A DNA stretch of 31,508 nucleotides from a virus. Taxonomy: Duplodnaviria; Caudoviricetes. The notes below the pieces were generated by a model. That model was not told the DNA's origin, searched no databases, and worked only from the letters and a program-made list of their open reading frames with translations. Numbering within the stretch: the first letter of the stretch is position 1; every line of letters starts with the position of its first letter. Positions 9,508 through 18,399 of the stretch are shown in pieces. Made by a program: the position numbers and the translations under genes. The stretch covers positions 1 to 31,508 of IMG/VR virus record IMGVR_UViG_3300044513_001732; one strand, 5' to 3'.

Positions 9508-10070
9508 ATTGAGAAGTCTACGTTCGGTGTCATGTTAGGCTCTGCGGGGTCAAAGTTAGCACCAATTACAAGTCTAGTTTCAGGTGACTGCTGGCGCTCT
9601 GTCCAATGCATAACATACGAAGGAAATATAACGTACATTCCTGACTGTGGTTGTATGTGGATATTCTTATGTACGGTGTTGCACCAAGTTGCCGATAGTA
9701 TGAGTTTGGCAGAGCCTTCATCTGCGATTGGGTAATACACTGCTGACCAGTAGTCCTCAGGGTAGATGTGAAAGTTAGCGTGGTGCGAGTGAGGGCCTAC
9801 ACTCTTCCCTTCTTGCAAGTTTAGTGCCCACTGCGATTTTAAAACTAGAGTTTGATCTTCTGCGGCGTATTGCACTAGCCGTGTAAGCCTAGTGAGTAAT
9901 TCGTTGATTTCTGGAGAGTCCGGTAGCAGGATGTCTTGGTCGTCCCACGGCTGGGTTTCGTCTCCGCAGGGTTCTCCATATTGTTCGATTTGTTGTGCAA
10001 TCAATTCATTGTCAACATCTTCTGTTAGCCCAAAAAAGTATGGGATATTAACTAGAGGCATTTTCTGCAT
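9474..10070 (-). CDS. putative Fe(II)/2OG oxygenase, HxH type (TIGR02466-like)
   Basis: QWALN, PHSH, WSAVYYP, IFPSYVMHWT, RLVIGANF. Confidence 0.8.
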   Translation of the reverse strand: MQKMPLVNIPYFFGLTEDVDNELIAQQIEQYGEPCGDETQPWDDQDILLPDSPEINELLTRLTRLVQYAAEDQTLVLKSQWALNLQEGKSVGPHSHHANFHIYPEDYWSAVYYPIADEGSAKLILSATWCNTVHKNIHIQPQSGMYVIFPSYVMHWTERQQSPETRLVIGANFDPAEPNMTPNVDFSIYDRRPPIDPS

Positions 10071-10908
10071 GATTTATTTCCTTTCGTGTGCCTGTTGAGT
10101 TAAAGGCTCTGTGAATTGGTAGTAGTAAGTCTTCGCTAAGTTCGTTGTATTTCACGTAGTTGGCATAGTCTTTGAATAGGTTATGCATCCACACTTGACC
10201 ACTGTTGATGTTGTGGTCATCTTCGATTATTGTCACCCCGTAATCCGGCGCAGAGGAACCTTGCCCAAAGTATGACAGGTAGGCGTATCTGTTGCCTGCC
10301 GTGATTGGCTTGACTTCGTGGGCACAAATAAAGTTTGCTGGAAACATTAGAACGTCTCCGGCTTTGGGGGAGTAGGTTACGTCTGCGTATGGGAAAACAA
10401 TTTCGCCTCCCTCATAGTCGTCGTTGAGATAAGCAATTGCTGCTAGGACGTGTTTGATGCCGAGTTGGTAATCAGGCTCATGGTGTGGTTGATAGTTGAT
10501 GTCGTTGTCTGCGTGAAGCCCTAATGCTGATCCGGGCTTGTATGACAGCACGTGTCCTTTTGTTTTCCACCATAAGCAAGGTATAATCATGGGAAACTGC
10601 GTTGCATATTTGAGCAAGGCATCGTAGATTTCAGTCTCCAAGTTTTTAAAGTAGGCTGATTGCCAGTCCTCTTCAAGTTCATGAAAGTTGTTTATTCTCA
10701 CACAGTTTGCGTCTAGTTCTTCGGGTGTGAACCGGTGACCGCTTAGGTTGGTGGCGTGTAGAATCTTACCTTTGTCGTCACGGACGTAGGTGTAGTGGTT
10801 GTCTAGGGCTGCTTGCCGTAGAGATTCAATGGCTGGAAAAATGTCAGGATTAATTGTTACGCCGTTTGAAATTTTAACTATGCCTGTCCCTAAGTGTTCA
10901 ATGTTCAC
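10048..10908 (-). CDS. Fe(II)/2OG dioxygenase (paralogue family A)
   Basis: EHLGTGI, CLWWKTKGH, GLHAD, FPANFICAHEV, GNRYAYL. Confidence 0.9.
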   Translation of the reverse strand: MNIEHLGTGIVKISNGVTINPDIFPAIESLRQAALDNHYTYVRDDKGKILHATNLSGHRFTPEELDANCVRINNFHELEEDWQSAYFKNLETEIYDALLKYATQFPMIIPCLWWKTKGHVLSYKPGSALGLHADNDINYQPHHEPDYQLGIKHVLAAIAYLNDDYEGGEIVFPYADVTYSPKAGDVLMFPANFICAHEVKPITAGNRYAYLSYFGQGSSAPDYGVTIIEDDHNINSGQVWMHNLFKDYANYVKYNELSEDLLLPIHRAFNSTGTRKEINHAENASS

Positions 10909-11663
10909 TGTGTACTCCTAAATTTAGTTATGGCTTCGTTAAGAGCATGGTAGGGTTCGCCTAATGCTGTTGTTGTGTTGTAATCGGTGTGCATAAACGT
11001 AAATATGTAATACTTTTGCCCGCCAGTTATTTCTAAACAGGCGTGTTCAAGTAGACAGGGTAAGAACACGATACTGCCTGCCGATGGGGATAGATATGTA
11101 TCTGTTCCGGGGAAATACAGTTCCCCTCCTTGATAATCGTCGTTAAGGTATAGTAGAGCCGTCCAATCCATTGTGTTGTTAGGATTATCTGTGTTTCTAT
11201 CAATGTGTGCTCCCATTGCGGCACCTGTACGATATTTACGAAGACAGTAGTTTCTGGTGATGTACTCTGGCATAGTGTTACCGGTAAGGTCAGCCCACAC
11301 CTGTAAGGCTTTGATGTAGTCTGGTTCGATTAAGTTTATAATTTCGTTTGCGTGTTTGTGCGCTTTACTGAAGTCTGGCGTGACTGTTATCCGAGGCCAA
11401 TTTTCGTTTTGATTATTTTCTGTTATATCCCAGTCAAAGTGTTTAGCGACTCCTCTTCGCTGACCTTCTTCGTAAGAGAATATCTGTTGCCACCCCTCTC
11501 CTGCTTTAACTGGCGCTCCGTCCCACCATTCTTCCCACGGCGGTATAACACGAAAAAGTTCATGATTTCTATCTTGTGCGTTTATTTGATCAATGAATTC
11601 TGCTGCGTTTGGTAAGGCGTTTTCTATATAAAGAACGTTATCTTGTAACTCATGTACTTTCAC
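10905..11663 (-). CDS. Fe(II)/2OG dioxygenase (P4H-like)
   Basis: GAHID, YLNDDYQGGELYFP, LEHAC, GQKY. Confidence 0.9.
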   Translation of the reverse strand: MKVHELQDNVLYIENALPNAAEFIDQINAQDRNHELFRVIPPWEEWWDGAPVKAGEGWQQIFSYEEGQRRGVAKHFDWDITENNQNENWPRITVTPDFSKAHKHANEIINLIEPDYIKALQVWADLTGNTMPEYITRNYCLRKYRTGAAMGAHIDRNTDNPNNTMDWTALLYLNDDYQGGELYFPGTDTYLSPSAGSIVFLPCLLEHACLEITGGQKYYIFTFMHTDYNTTTALGEPYHALNEAITKFRSTQ

Positions 11664-12351
11664 TGTAAAACTCTCCTGTGCTGAGTGCCATTGGTGGATT
11701 ATCTTTATGCCATACGTTGACCACCATCACTTGGCGTGTCCCCGACTTAACTACTGTTGTCTCGTGGAATCTGCGCCCAGCATCGAAAATAATTAATCTA
11801 TTTGGCTTGTATGCGATGCGTTCCCTTTCATCAGGCGGGCTTAGATATGTGCTAACATGATCAGTTTCTAATACTTCTGGAGGAGAGCCTTCGATGCGGG
11901 GACGATGGATTTCTAACATCCCTCCTTCGTCTGATTCAGTAAAACCGTACCAGATGCACCCACTGATGGGGGCATTAAATGTTTTATCGTAAGCATATTG
12001 AAACGTGTCTTCGTCCACATGGTGCGGTAGATACTGGGGTGGAACAAAAGTTCGTGTCCAGTACTCAAATCCAATAACATCTTCTAGATTAAAGTCTCGT
12101 TTGTCAGGGTGCTCCCATATAGCCTGAATGACTTTCTTTTTGAGCGTATCGGCAGGAGAGTTCCACCAACCATCCCAGAACATGTAGGGTGCGAAGCATG
12201 ATGCCTCTTCACTATGATACTGCTGTCCCCGATAGTCTCCAAGACTTCCACGATCTTCAAAAGTATCCATGGTAGGAGGGAAAAAGGTATCGTCCTGTTT
12301 TATGGCTTCTATTAGATTTAGGTCTGTGATGAAGTTGTCCTGCACGTACAT
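11650..12351 (-). CDS. Fe(II)/2OG dioxygenase
   Basis: GFEYW, HHVDED, GGMLEI, PNRLIIFD..FHET..GTR. Confidence 0.85.
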   Translation of the reverse strand: MYVQDNFITDLNLIEAIKQDDTFFPPTMDTFEDRGSLGDYRGQQYHSEEASCFAPYMFWDGWWNSPADTLKKKVIQAIWEHPDKRDFNLEDVIGFEYWTRTFVPPQYLPHHVDEDTFQYAYDKTFNAPISGCIWYGFTESDEGGMLEIHRPRIEGSPPEVLETDHVSTYLSPPDERERIAYKPNRLIIFDAGRRFHETTVVKSGTRQVMVVNVWHKDNPPMALSTGEFYSEST

Positions 12352-12357
12352 GTAAAT

Positions 12358-12386
12358 ATTTTACTCAAATAAGCCCGCTAATGCAA
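12358..12386 (-). promoter_or_regulatory. sigma70-type promoter for leaderless mRNA
   Basis: Minus strand TTGCAT-17-TAAAAT, ATG 6 nt after -10. Confidence 0.65.
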
Positions 12387-12415
12387 TGGCTTTACTCTGT
12401 AAAATGTGCTAGTAT

Positions 12416-12805
12416 ATGGCAATGAGAAGCGATGAACCCACTAAACGAGTTGTGCTGGCTGAGGGGTACGCTGTACCTGTTGATGAAAAGCAGTTTGAGC
12501 ACATGATTTCAACATCTGCCAAGCCTGTGCTTGTAGACTTTTGGGCTGACTGGTGTGGCCCGTGTAAGGCAATGGCTCCAGTTTTGGATGACTTTGCTGC
12601 AAAGTACGCAGATGACATTCAGGTGATTAAGGTTGAGGCCGATAAGTCTCCCTTACTCATGGAGCGATTTGATATTTCTAGCATCCCGACGTTGATGGTG
12701 TTTATTGACGGTAAGGCAGAGTACAGTATGGTGGGGGCACGGCCACTTGACATGCTGGAAAAGGAACTCGGTGGATACATCGACGTGATGACTAAGGAAG
12801 CCTGA
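12416..12805 (+). CDS. trxA: thioredoxin
   Basis: VLVDFWADWCGPCK, SIPTL. Confidence 0.95.
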   Translation: MAMRSDEPTKRVVLAEGYAVPVDEKQFEHMISTSAKPVLVDFWADWCGPCKAMAPVLDDFAAKYADDIQVIKVEADKSPLLMERFDISSIPTLMVFIDGKAEYSMVGARPLDMLEKELGGYIDVMTKEA

Positions 12806-12972
12806 TGCCTGACCTGTGGGATGATCTGCCGACTGAAATGCTTGGTGATCGTCCCCCAGTAGAAAATTTGTCTAAGCAAGTAGCAACTCCGGCTGAGGTT
12901 TTAAAGAAGGAGCGAGGCCAGAATGTGGAAGAAAGTTTGCGCAAAGTTTTCGGATCACCCGAAGTTAAATAA
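12805..12972 (+). CDS. hypothetical protein (55 aa, not in ORF track)
   Basis: TGATG overlap; MPDLWDDLP...GSPEVK*. Confidence 0.6.
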   Translation: MPDLWDDLPTEMLGDRPPVENLSKQVATPAEVLKKERGQNVEESLRKVFGSPEVK

Positions 12973-12973
12973 G

Positions 12974-13132
12974 ATGACATACGGTGACCATTTCATGTTC
13001 GCCGCAGGACTTGCTTTAGAGTTTGTTGTCGTCGGCTTTATGCTGTTTATCCACGCCGTGTTTCCATTCTGGTTTAAGAATGATGCCTCAGAGTTTGCTG
13101 AGTACGCTAACGAGGTAATGAACAAGCACTAG
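12974..13132 (+). CDS. DUF6356-like small membrane protein
   Basis: MTYGDHFMFA...FIHAVFPFWFKNDAS; start could be 12923. Confidence 0.6.
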   Translation: MTYGDHFMFAAGLALEFVVVGFMLFIHAVFPFWFKNDASEFAEYANEVMNKH

Positions 13133-13134
13133 CG

Positions 13135-13163
13135 TTGACCTGTCTGCGTGGGTGTGCTATAAT
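13135..13163 (+). promoter_or_regulatory. sigma70-type promoter for leaderless mRNA
   Basis: TTGACC-17-TATAAT with extended TG; ATG at 13170. Confidence 0.75.
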
Positions 13164-13169
13164 GTCGGT

Positions 13170-13262
13170 ATGACTTATTGGCACGCTTTTGGAATTGGTT
13201 GCGCTATCGGTATTATTATTTTGATGACGTGGCTGTTCAACACTGACGGGGACTGGGAATGA
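13170..13262 (+). CDS. 30-aa membrane peptide (leaderless)
   Basis: MTYWHAFGIGCAIGIIILMTWLFNTDGDWE*; ATGA-coupled to next gene. Confidence 0.55.
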   Translation: MTYWHAFGIGCAIGIIILMTWLFNTDGDWE

Positions 13263-13792
13263 TAGTTTCCTTAGAGCCTTGGGAGTGGGTCCACGCTTTG
13301 AATGTGGCCGCTCGTCGTCAAGAAGCGAATTGGGATTCATCTGACCGTACGCATTACGACCGTAAGCGTATGGAGGATGACAGAACCGCACAGGCTAGAG
13401 CGTGCGTTTGCGAACTAGCCGTTGCTAAGGCCACGAATAGATACTGGTCGGGTAGCGTGTGGGCTAAAAGTAGTCACAGCAAGTATAAGAACTCTCATGC
13501 TGACGTTGGAACCAATTTTGAAGTTCGGTGCGTTAGGTCTAGAGATGATGTCGCTGTTAGGGAGTGGCAGGTTGGGCAGGGGCTGCACTTGTTTGCGGCC
13601 CGCACGACTGATGCAGAACTAACCCAAGTTGAGATTATCGGTCATATGAAGTATGACGACGCATGGGAGTTGGGAACTACACCTAACTATATTAAGCATG
13701 AGGAAGTGCCCGGAAAGCGAACACGTGCCGTACTGTTGAGCGATCTTCACCCTTTTCCAGAAAACTATACAGATAATAGGAGTATTGGATGA
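13259..13792 (+). CDS. hypothetical phage protein (possible nuclease fold)
   Basis: ELAVAK, ADVG..FEVR pattern. Confidence 0.7.
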   Translation: MIVSLEPWEWVHALNVAARRQEANWDSSDRTHYDRKRMEDDRTAQARACVCELAVAKATNRYWSGSVWAKSSHSKYKNSHADVGTNFEVRCVRSRDDVAVREWQVGQGLHLFAARTTDAELTQVEIIGHMKYDDAWELGTTPNYIKHEEVPGKRTRAVLLSDLHPFPENYTDNRSIG

Positions 13793-14157
13793 CATCTACT
13801 GCTATGGCTTTGGCTGTCAACACCGCTGAAAAATCAGATCACGATAAGTGGCGTCTAGGCTCTGTTGTATGGCGAGGCGGTTCCGTGCTTTCCACGGGCT
13901 TTAATCGTGTGAAGAACGATCCTTCCGTTGTAGAGGATGATAAGCATTTCCATTGCTCTATTCATGCCGAAGCGGATGCTTTGCGGAATGCTGGTGATAC
14001 TCAGGGTGCTAGGTTGTTTGTTGCTCGTGTTACTCGGGGCGGCAATTTGGCGCTTGCTAAGCCTTGCTCTCGTTGCATGGAAGCGATTAGGGAGCATGGA
14101 ATCAAGAGAGTTTACTACACCGATGAGAATGGTGAGTGGACGTTCTTTAGAGTCTAG
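13789..14157 (+). CDS. zinc-dependent cytidine/dCMP-deaminase-family protein
   Basis: TGFN, HAE, PCSRC. Confidence 0.9.
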   Translation: MTSTAMALAVNTAEKSDHDKWRLGSVVWRGGSVLSTGFNRVKNDPSVVEDDKHFHCSIHAEADALRNAGDTQGARLFVARVTRGGNLALAKPCSRCMEAIREHGIKRVYYTDENGEWTFFRV

Positions 14158-14159
14158 CC

Positions 14160-14188
14160 TTGACACACTGCGCCGAGGCTAGTATAAT
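14160..14188 (+). promoter_or_regulatory. consensus sigma70 promoter
   Basis: TTGACA-17-TATAAT. Confidence 0.9.
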
Positions 14189-14218
14189 ACTCACAGTCAA
14201 CGACAAACAAAGGAGATT

Positions 14219-14506
14219 ATGTTGATTACGAAGAAGGCAATTATTCAGGCGGCTACCGAGGTTGCGGAGCGTGCTCCGTCCGCCCGTAACCGTTCATCGA
14301 AGATGGTGACTTATCGCCATCCTCGTGGTCTGATCGGCAATGCTTTGCATACCGCTGGTCTTTCGCCTCGTGAGATTCGTTCGCTTCAGGGTAACCGGAA
14401 GTATGAGCGTTTCCTTAACCCTGCGGCTACCGCTTGGGTTCGGGAGGCTAACAGCCGTGCCAACAAGGGCATGGCTTGGGGTGAGGTAGTTTCCACTACC
14501 CGATGA
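14219..14506 (+). CDS. hypothetical basic protein, monocistronic
   Basis: AAGGAG SD, own promoter and terminator. Confidence 0.8.
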   Translation: MLITKKAIIQAATEVAERAPSARNRSSKMVTYRHPRGLIGNALHTAGLSPREIRSLQGNRKYERFLNPAATAWVREANSRANKGMAWGEVVSTTR

Positions 14507-14550
14507 CCCCTATGTTGCATTGGGCAACATAAACAAATATGAAAGATAGG

Positions 14551-14599
14551 GGCTACCCGTTGGATTGGGAAGATTCGGCGGGTAGCCTTCTTTTTTTTT
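14551..14599 (+). terminator. intrinsic terminator
   Basis: GGCTACCCG...CGGGTAGCC stem followed by T9. Confidence 0.85.
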
Positions 14600-14613
14600 A
14601 GCAGAGGATTGAT

Positions 14614-15543
14614 ATGCTGACGAAAAAATCATTTCTACTTTCGATTCTGTTATTAGGGTGTACTGCTCCGGTCACGAGCGTGCGTACACCCACTGTTCCT
14701 GAATCAACCACACCGACTACCACTACTTCGTCTTCCACTTCGACTACGACGAGTACTACTAGTACAACGACGACCACTTCGTCTACTTTACCTCCCGTGA
14801 TTCTACATAAAACTGTTGTTGCGGTTGGTGATATGGTGTGTTCTGCTGATTCCACTGCTACTTGCGCTCATAAAGATACCGCATTGTTGGCGTCTAGGTT
14901 TGATCCTGACATGGTATTGGCTTTAGGTGACCTACAGTATGAGTCGGGCGCTCTTTCTGAGTTTGAGACCACCTACGATTCTAGTTGGGGGCGCTTTAAA
15001 GGCGTAACTTACCCTGCGGTCGGAAACCATGAATACTATTCGATGGGTGATGGAATCAGAGAATACTTTAACTTAGATTCTTTCTACTACTCTATTGACG
15101 TAGATAACTGGCATATTATCGCACTAGACTCCGAGTATATGTCTACAGAGCAGGACGAATGGCTTGCTAATGATTTGGCTTCTACAGACGCTGAATGCAT
15201 CATAGCGTATTGGCACAGCCCCAGATGGTCATCGGGTGTGCACGGCTCTCAGAAGGCCATACAGAGGCTCTGGGGACCAATCTCAGATGCCGGTGGAGAC
15301 ATTGTTCTGTCGGGCCACGACCATCACTACGAAAGGTTTGAGCCTATTGATGGTATGACACAGTTCGTTGTGGGCACAGGTGGTAAGAGCCTGCGAAACG
15401 TCGGTAGGTTAGAGGATGGTTCTGCTGAGATGTTTGATTCAGATTTTGGTGTTTTGGTTTTGGATTTGATGGAGGACTGGTACCAGTGGACTTTTGTTAC
15501 TGTTGATCGGGTTGTGCTTGACAGTGGTTGGGGAGTGTGCTAA
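14614..15543 (+). CDS. lipoprotein metallophosphoesterase (calcineurin-like / acid-phosphatase type)
   Basis: Lipobox LLLGC, Thr/Ser linker, VGD, LGDLQY, GNHE, WHSP, GHDHHY, VGTGG. Confidence 0.9.
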   Translation: MLTKKSFLLSILLLGCTAPVTSVRTPTVPESTTPTTTTSSSTSTTTSTTSTTTTTSSTLPPVILHKTVVAVGDMVCSADSTATCAHKDTALLASRFDPDMVLALGDLQYESGALSEFETTYDSSWGRFKGVTYPAVGNHEYYSMGDGIREYFNLDSFYYSIDVDNWHIIALDSEYMSTEQDEWLANDLASTDAECIIAYWHSPRWSSGVHGSQKAIQRLWGPISDAGGDIVLSGHDHHYERFEPIDGMTQFVVGTGGKSLRNVGRLEDGSAEMFDSDFGVLVLDLMEDWYQWTFVTVDRVVLDSGWGVC

Positions 15544-15553
15544 AATCTGTGTT

Positions 15554-15638
15554 GGAACGGTGGCAGAGCGGCCTAATGCACTTGTCTTGAAAACAAGAGA
15601 CCTTACGGGGTCCGGGGGTTCAAATCCCTCTCGTTCCG
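15554..15638 (+). tRNA. tRNA-Ser(UGA)
   Basis: Cloverleaf, CTTGT-CTTGAAA-ACAAG anticodon arm, long variable arm, GGTTCAAATCC. Confidence 0.95.
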
Positions 15639-15642
15639 CCGC

Positions 15643-15716
15643 TGGGGTATAGTTTAGTGGCAGAACAACGGCTTCCAAACCCGTTGGCGTGGGTTCGATT
15701 CCTACTACCCCTGCCA
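15643..15716 (+). tRNA. tRNA-Trp(CCA)
   Basis: Cloverleaf, loop TTCCAAA, G73, encoded CCA; U1.U72 and C31.C39 mismatches. Confidence 0.8.
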
Positions 15717-15746
15717 GTTTAGTAAATATATAACAAAGGAGAAGTT

Positions 15747-16049
15747 ATGGTAAGTATTTTTGATGGTAACGGCGACCAAGAAGGGGCACGTAAAGACCCT
15801 CGCCTTAAGAAGCAGTTGGTGCGTGTATATGACGTACTTGCTGAAGGGGTTTGGTTGTCTTTGAGTGATATTAGTGTCCTTGCGGACGCTCCTGAGGCTT
15901 CAGCATCTGCACGTATGCGTGACTTGCGCAAGAAGAAGTTTGGTGGGTTTGATTTGGAAACTCGTGTTCTTCCGCATAACAACGTTTATGAGTACCGGCT
16001 TGATGTCAGCAGTGGCGATCCTGAGCGTGTGACTGACCCTCTTAAGTAA
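15747..16049 (+). CDS. winged-HTH-like phage protein
   Basis: WLSLSDIS..PEASASARMRDLRK..YEYRL; AAGGAG SD. Confidence 0.7.
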   Translation: MVSIFDGNGDQEGARKDPRLKKQLVRVYDVLAEGVWLSLSDISVLADAPEASASARMRDLRKKKFGGFDLETRVLPHNNVYEYRLDVSSGDPERVTDPLK

Positions 16050-16058
16050 GTTGGTTTA

Positions 16059-16131
16059 GCCCTCGTGGCCTAACGGATAAGGCGGCAGACTTCTAATCTG
16101 TAGATTGCAGGTTCGATTCCTGCCGGGGGCG
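16059..16131 (+). tRNA. tRNA-Arg(UCU)
   Basis: Cloverleaf, GCAGA-CTTCTAA-TCTGT, GGTTCGATTCC. Confidence 0.95.
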
Positions 16132-16135
16132 CTTC

Positions 16136-16208
16136 GCCGGATTAACTCAGTTGGTAGAGTACTTCACTTGTAATGAAGATGTCGTCAGTTCGATTCTGAC
16201 ATCCGGCT
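16136..16208 (+). tRNA. tRNA-Thr(UGU)
   Basis: Cloverleaf, CTTCA-CTTGTAA-TGAAG, AGTTCGATTCT. Confidence 0.95.
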
Positions 16209-16268
16209 CCGAGTGGCTTAAGTCCACAGTTTATGGTAAAATAACAGTGTACGCTCTAGTGAAGGAGA

Positions 16269-16481
16269 ATGATATACATGAACAAGGTCCATAGGTTGCG
16301 CAGTTGGATTAGGTACGGTAAGCCCGCCTTTGAGGGCTATACATTTGATCAAGATGTGTACAAGCCTATCACTGGGGAAGACTTTGAGTCTGTGACGGTG
16401 CTTGATTCTCCGGCAGACACTGAGATTAGTCGCCGGTGGGACCGATTTAAGCCGAACCGTAAGGCGCAGGGTTACAAGTGA
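16269..16481 (+). CDS. hypothetical protein
   Basis: AAGGAG SD. Confidence 0.65.
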   Translation: MIYMNKVHRLRSWIRYGKPAFEGYTFDQDVYKPITGEDFESVTVLDSPADTEISRRWDRFKPNRKAQGYK

Positions 16482-16580
16482 TTGCGTTCGGTATGCTAGA
16501 TATTATTGCGATTTTGGCTATCCCTGCTATTTATCTGTTGATTAGATTTCTAGGGAATGATTGAAAGAGAGAACTACCTT

Positions 16581-16748
16581 ATGACCGAAACCGATGTTAC
16601 GTTTACGCAGGTTGATGCTATGATCACACAGATTGAGTCGATGCTCCAGAGTGTGTCTAAAAAGAATCTGGTTGAAGCATCATATATCCAAGACGGGTTG
16701 CTTGACCTGCTGAATATGGCGAATTCATTGGAAGGGAAAGAGCAGTGA
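16581..16748 (+). CDS. hypothetical protein
   Basis: Helical ORF in operon; start could be 16557. Confidence 0.6.
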   Translation: MTETDVTFTQVDAMITQIESMLQSVSKKNLVEASYIQDGLLDLLNMANSLEGKEQ

Positions 16749-16751
16749 CCT

Positions 16752-17006
16752 ATGAAACGATTCTTAAAGTATGCTTTTCGTTGGCAATTATCCACTCCTG
16801 TGCTAGCATTGTGTATTGTTGTCATCCCCGGTGGGGCGCTGTGGCAAACGCTTATAGCAAACGCAGTAGGGGCAGCAATATTCTACCACGTAGACAAAAA
16901 GATATTTAAGCACAAGACTCATCCTGCTAACAGGTCGTCAAGTCAGGAAGTTATTCCCTATAGGATTGCAACTACATTGAAAAATAAGATTAGGTTTTGG
17001 TCATGA
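16752..17006 (+). CDS. small membrane protein (GtrA-like)
   Basis: Two hydrophobic segments; RWQLSTP..IANAVGAAIFY.VDKKIF. Confidence 0.6.
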   Translation: MKRFLKYAFRWQLSTPVLALCIVVIPGGALWQTLIANAVGAAIFYHVDKKIFKHKTHPANRSSSQEVIPYRIATTLKNKIRFWS

Positions 17007-17266
17007 TTTGTGAATTTACAGCGGGAACACAGCATTGGTATGTTGATACTGACATCCAGTATGTGAAGATTGTGGATAAACTCACTGATACTGTGATGAA
17101 AGAATCCTATAGTCTAGGTTTATTGGGGCAGTTGGAGGAGCGTCGGGTCGCTGCTTACGAGAGTACTTACGCTATGATTGGTGTATCTCCCCGCATCAAG
17201 TCGGATCATTACTTCCTTGCGGACTGTGAGAACCGGATTATCTGGATGGAGGATACTTCCAAATGA
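17003..17266 (+). CDS. hypothetical protein
   Basis: ATGA overlaps at both ends. Confidence 0.65.
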   Translation: MICEFTAGTQHWYVDTDIQYVKIVDKLTDTVMKESYSLGLLGQLEERRVAAYESTYAMIGVSPRIKSDHYFLADCENRIIWMEDTSK

Positions 17267-17727
17267 CCGAAACCGCCTATAAGCAATTCGATAAGCAGTT
17301 ATATGACACCTATGATGCAGAGGGCAGGGAGATTGTCAAGAAATATATCCACGATAACTACCCTCATCTTGTAGCCAAAGATAACCTAGATCAGTATGCT
17401 GTAGACCTATGTATCTATAAGGAAGGTACTTTGGTGGGGTATGCTGAGGTGGAGGTTAGGACGAATTGGAAGTCTGAGGCGTTCCCGTTTAGGACGTTGC
17501 ATGTACCTGAGCGTAAGACCAAACTATTAAACAATACTTTACCTACGCTTTTCTTTTCGATCAACGAGCATATGACCCACATGTTTTACTGTAAAGCACA
17601 GACCGTTCTGGACTCACCGCTCGTAAACGTACCCAACAAATACGTATCAAACAACGAACATTTCTACGATGTACCCGTCAGAAACCTCACAAAAACCCCT
17701 ACGAACTGGGTTCAGGGTTGGGGTTAA
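17263..17727 (+). CDS. PD-(D/E)xK-like nuclease-fold phage protein
   Basis: YAVDL...YAEVEVR, HVPERK. Confidence 0.55.
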   Translation: MTETAYKQFDKQLYDTYDAEGREIVKKYIHDNYPHLVAKDNLDQYAVDLCIYKEGTLVGYAEVEVRTNWKSEAFPFRTLHVPERKTKLLNNTLPTLFFSINEHMTHMFYCKAQTVLDSPLVNVPNKYVSNNEHFYDVPVRNLTKTPTNWVQGWG

Positions 17728-17882
17728 TGGAACCATTATGGCTACCCCCTATGTATTGTGAACACTGCGACGTATACTGGGAATCGACAGACACCCAATG
17801 CTGGCTGTGCTCCGATCCCGGCGAAGAACAAAAACGGTACATCCCCAAAGCAACACGGTTAGAAGACGCAGATGCTGAATGA
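17727..17882 (+). CDS. 51-aa zinc-ribbon protein
   Basis: TAATG overlap; CEHC...CWLC. Confidence 0.55.
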   Translation: MEPLWLPPMYCEHCDVYWESTDTQCWLCSDPGEEQKRYIPKATRLEDADAE

Positions 17883-18399
17883 ACTACTACTCGCATCAGT
17901 CATAGGATGGATGCTCACAGGGGCACTCGCAGGATGCTACACCATCTATAAAGTAGTAACCATCATTGTCAAAAAGTACATAAAATCATCTACAAAAGGA
18001 ACCCCAAATGACAAAAATTAGACACTACCTACAGGAAGCAAAAACCGTCTGGATCATGCTCGCCAACATCCGATACGGTATAGACCTACGCCCAAACACC
18101 GGCAACGAACTTCCAAATGACGAAAAAACAGATTCCCAATGAGCCAATTCCCCAACCTAAACGACGACTTCACAAAACGGCTCATCACCGGCCTATGGAG
18201 AACAACCATCACCGTACTCGTCGTCCTAGCAGCCATCAAAGCCTGCACCCCCGACCCAATACACACACCCTGACAAAAGAACTCCCAAATGACTAAAACC
18301 GCTATTTTCTTGACAGTTACCATACTTGCAGGGTACAATGCACTACGAAAGGTCATCGAAATACTGATCGACTGCGAAATGGGTACACTACCCGAATAA
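17872..18399 (+). other. run of four small ORFs (17872-18021, 18008-18142, 18139-18273, 18289-18399), several with hydrophobic segments
   Basis: Overlapping or adjacent ATG-started ORFs with predominantly A/C third codon positions. Confidence 0.5.

Noticed and set aside
14700-14790. ACT/ACC/ACG-rich low-complexity repeat
   Set aside because: Encodes the Thr/Ser linker of the lipoprotein; not an independent repeat element
15439-15678. 79-aa minus-strand ORF
   Set aside because: Antisense shadow of the tRNA genes
15643-15716. tRNA-Gly(UCC) reading of this tRNA
   Set aside because: The stem register places CCA at 34-36, and G73 and the acceptor stem resemble Trp tRNAs
18054-18356. 100-aa minus-strand ORF
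   Set aside because: Shadow of the A/C bias; plus-strand small ORFs are coupled and fit the operon direction
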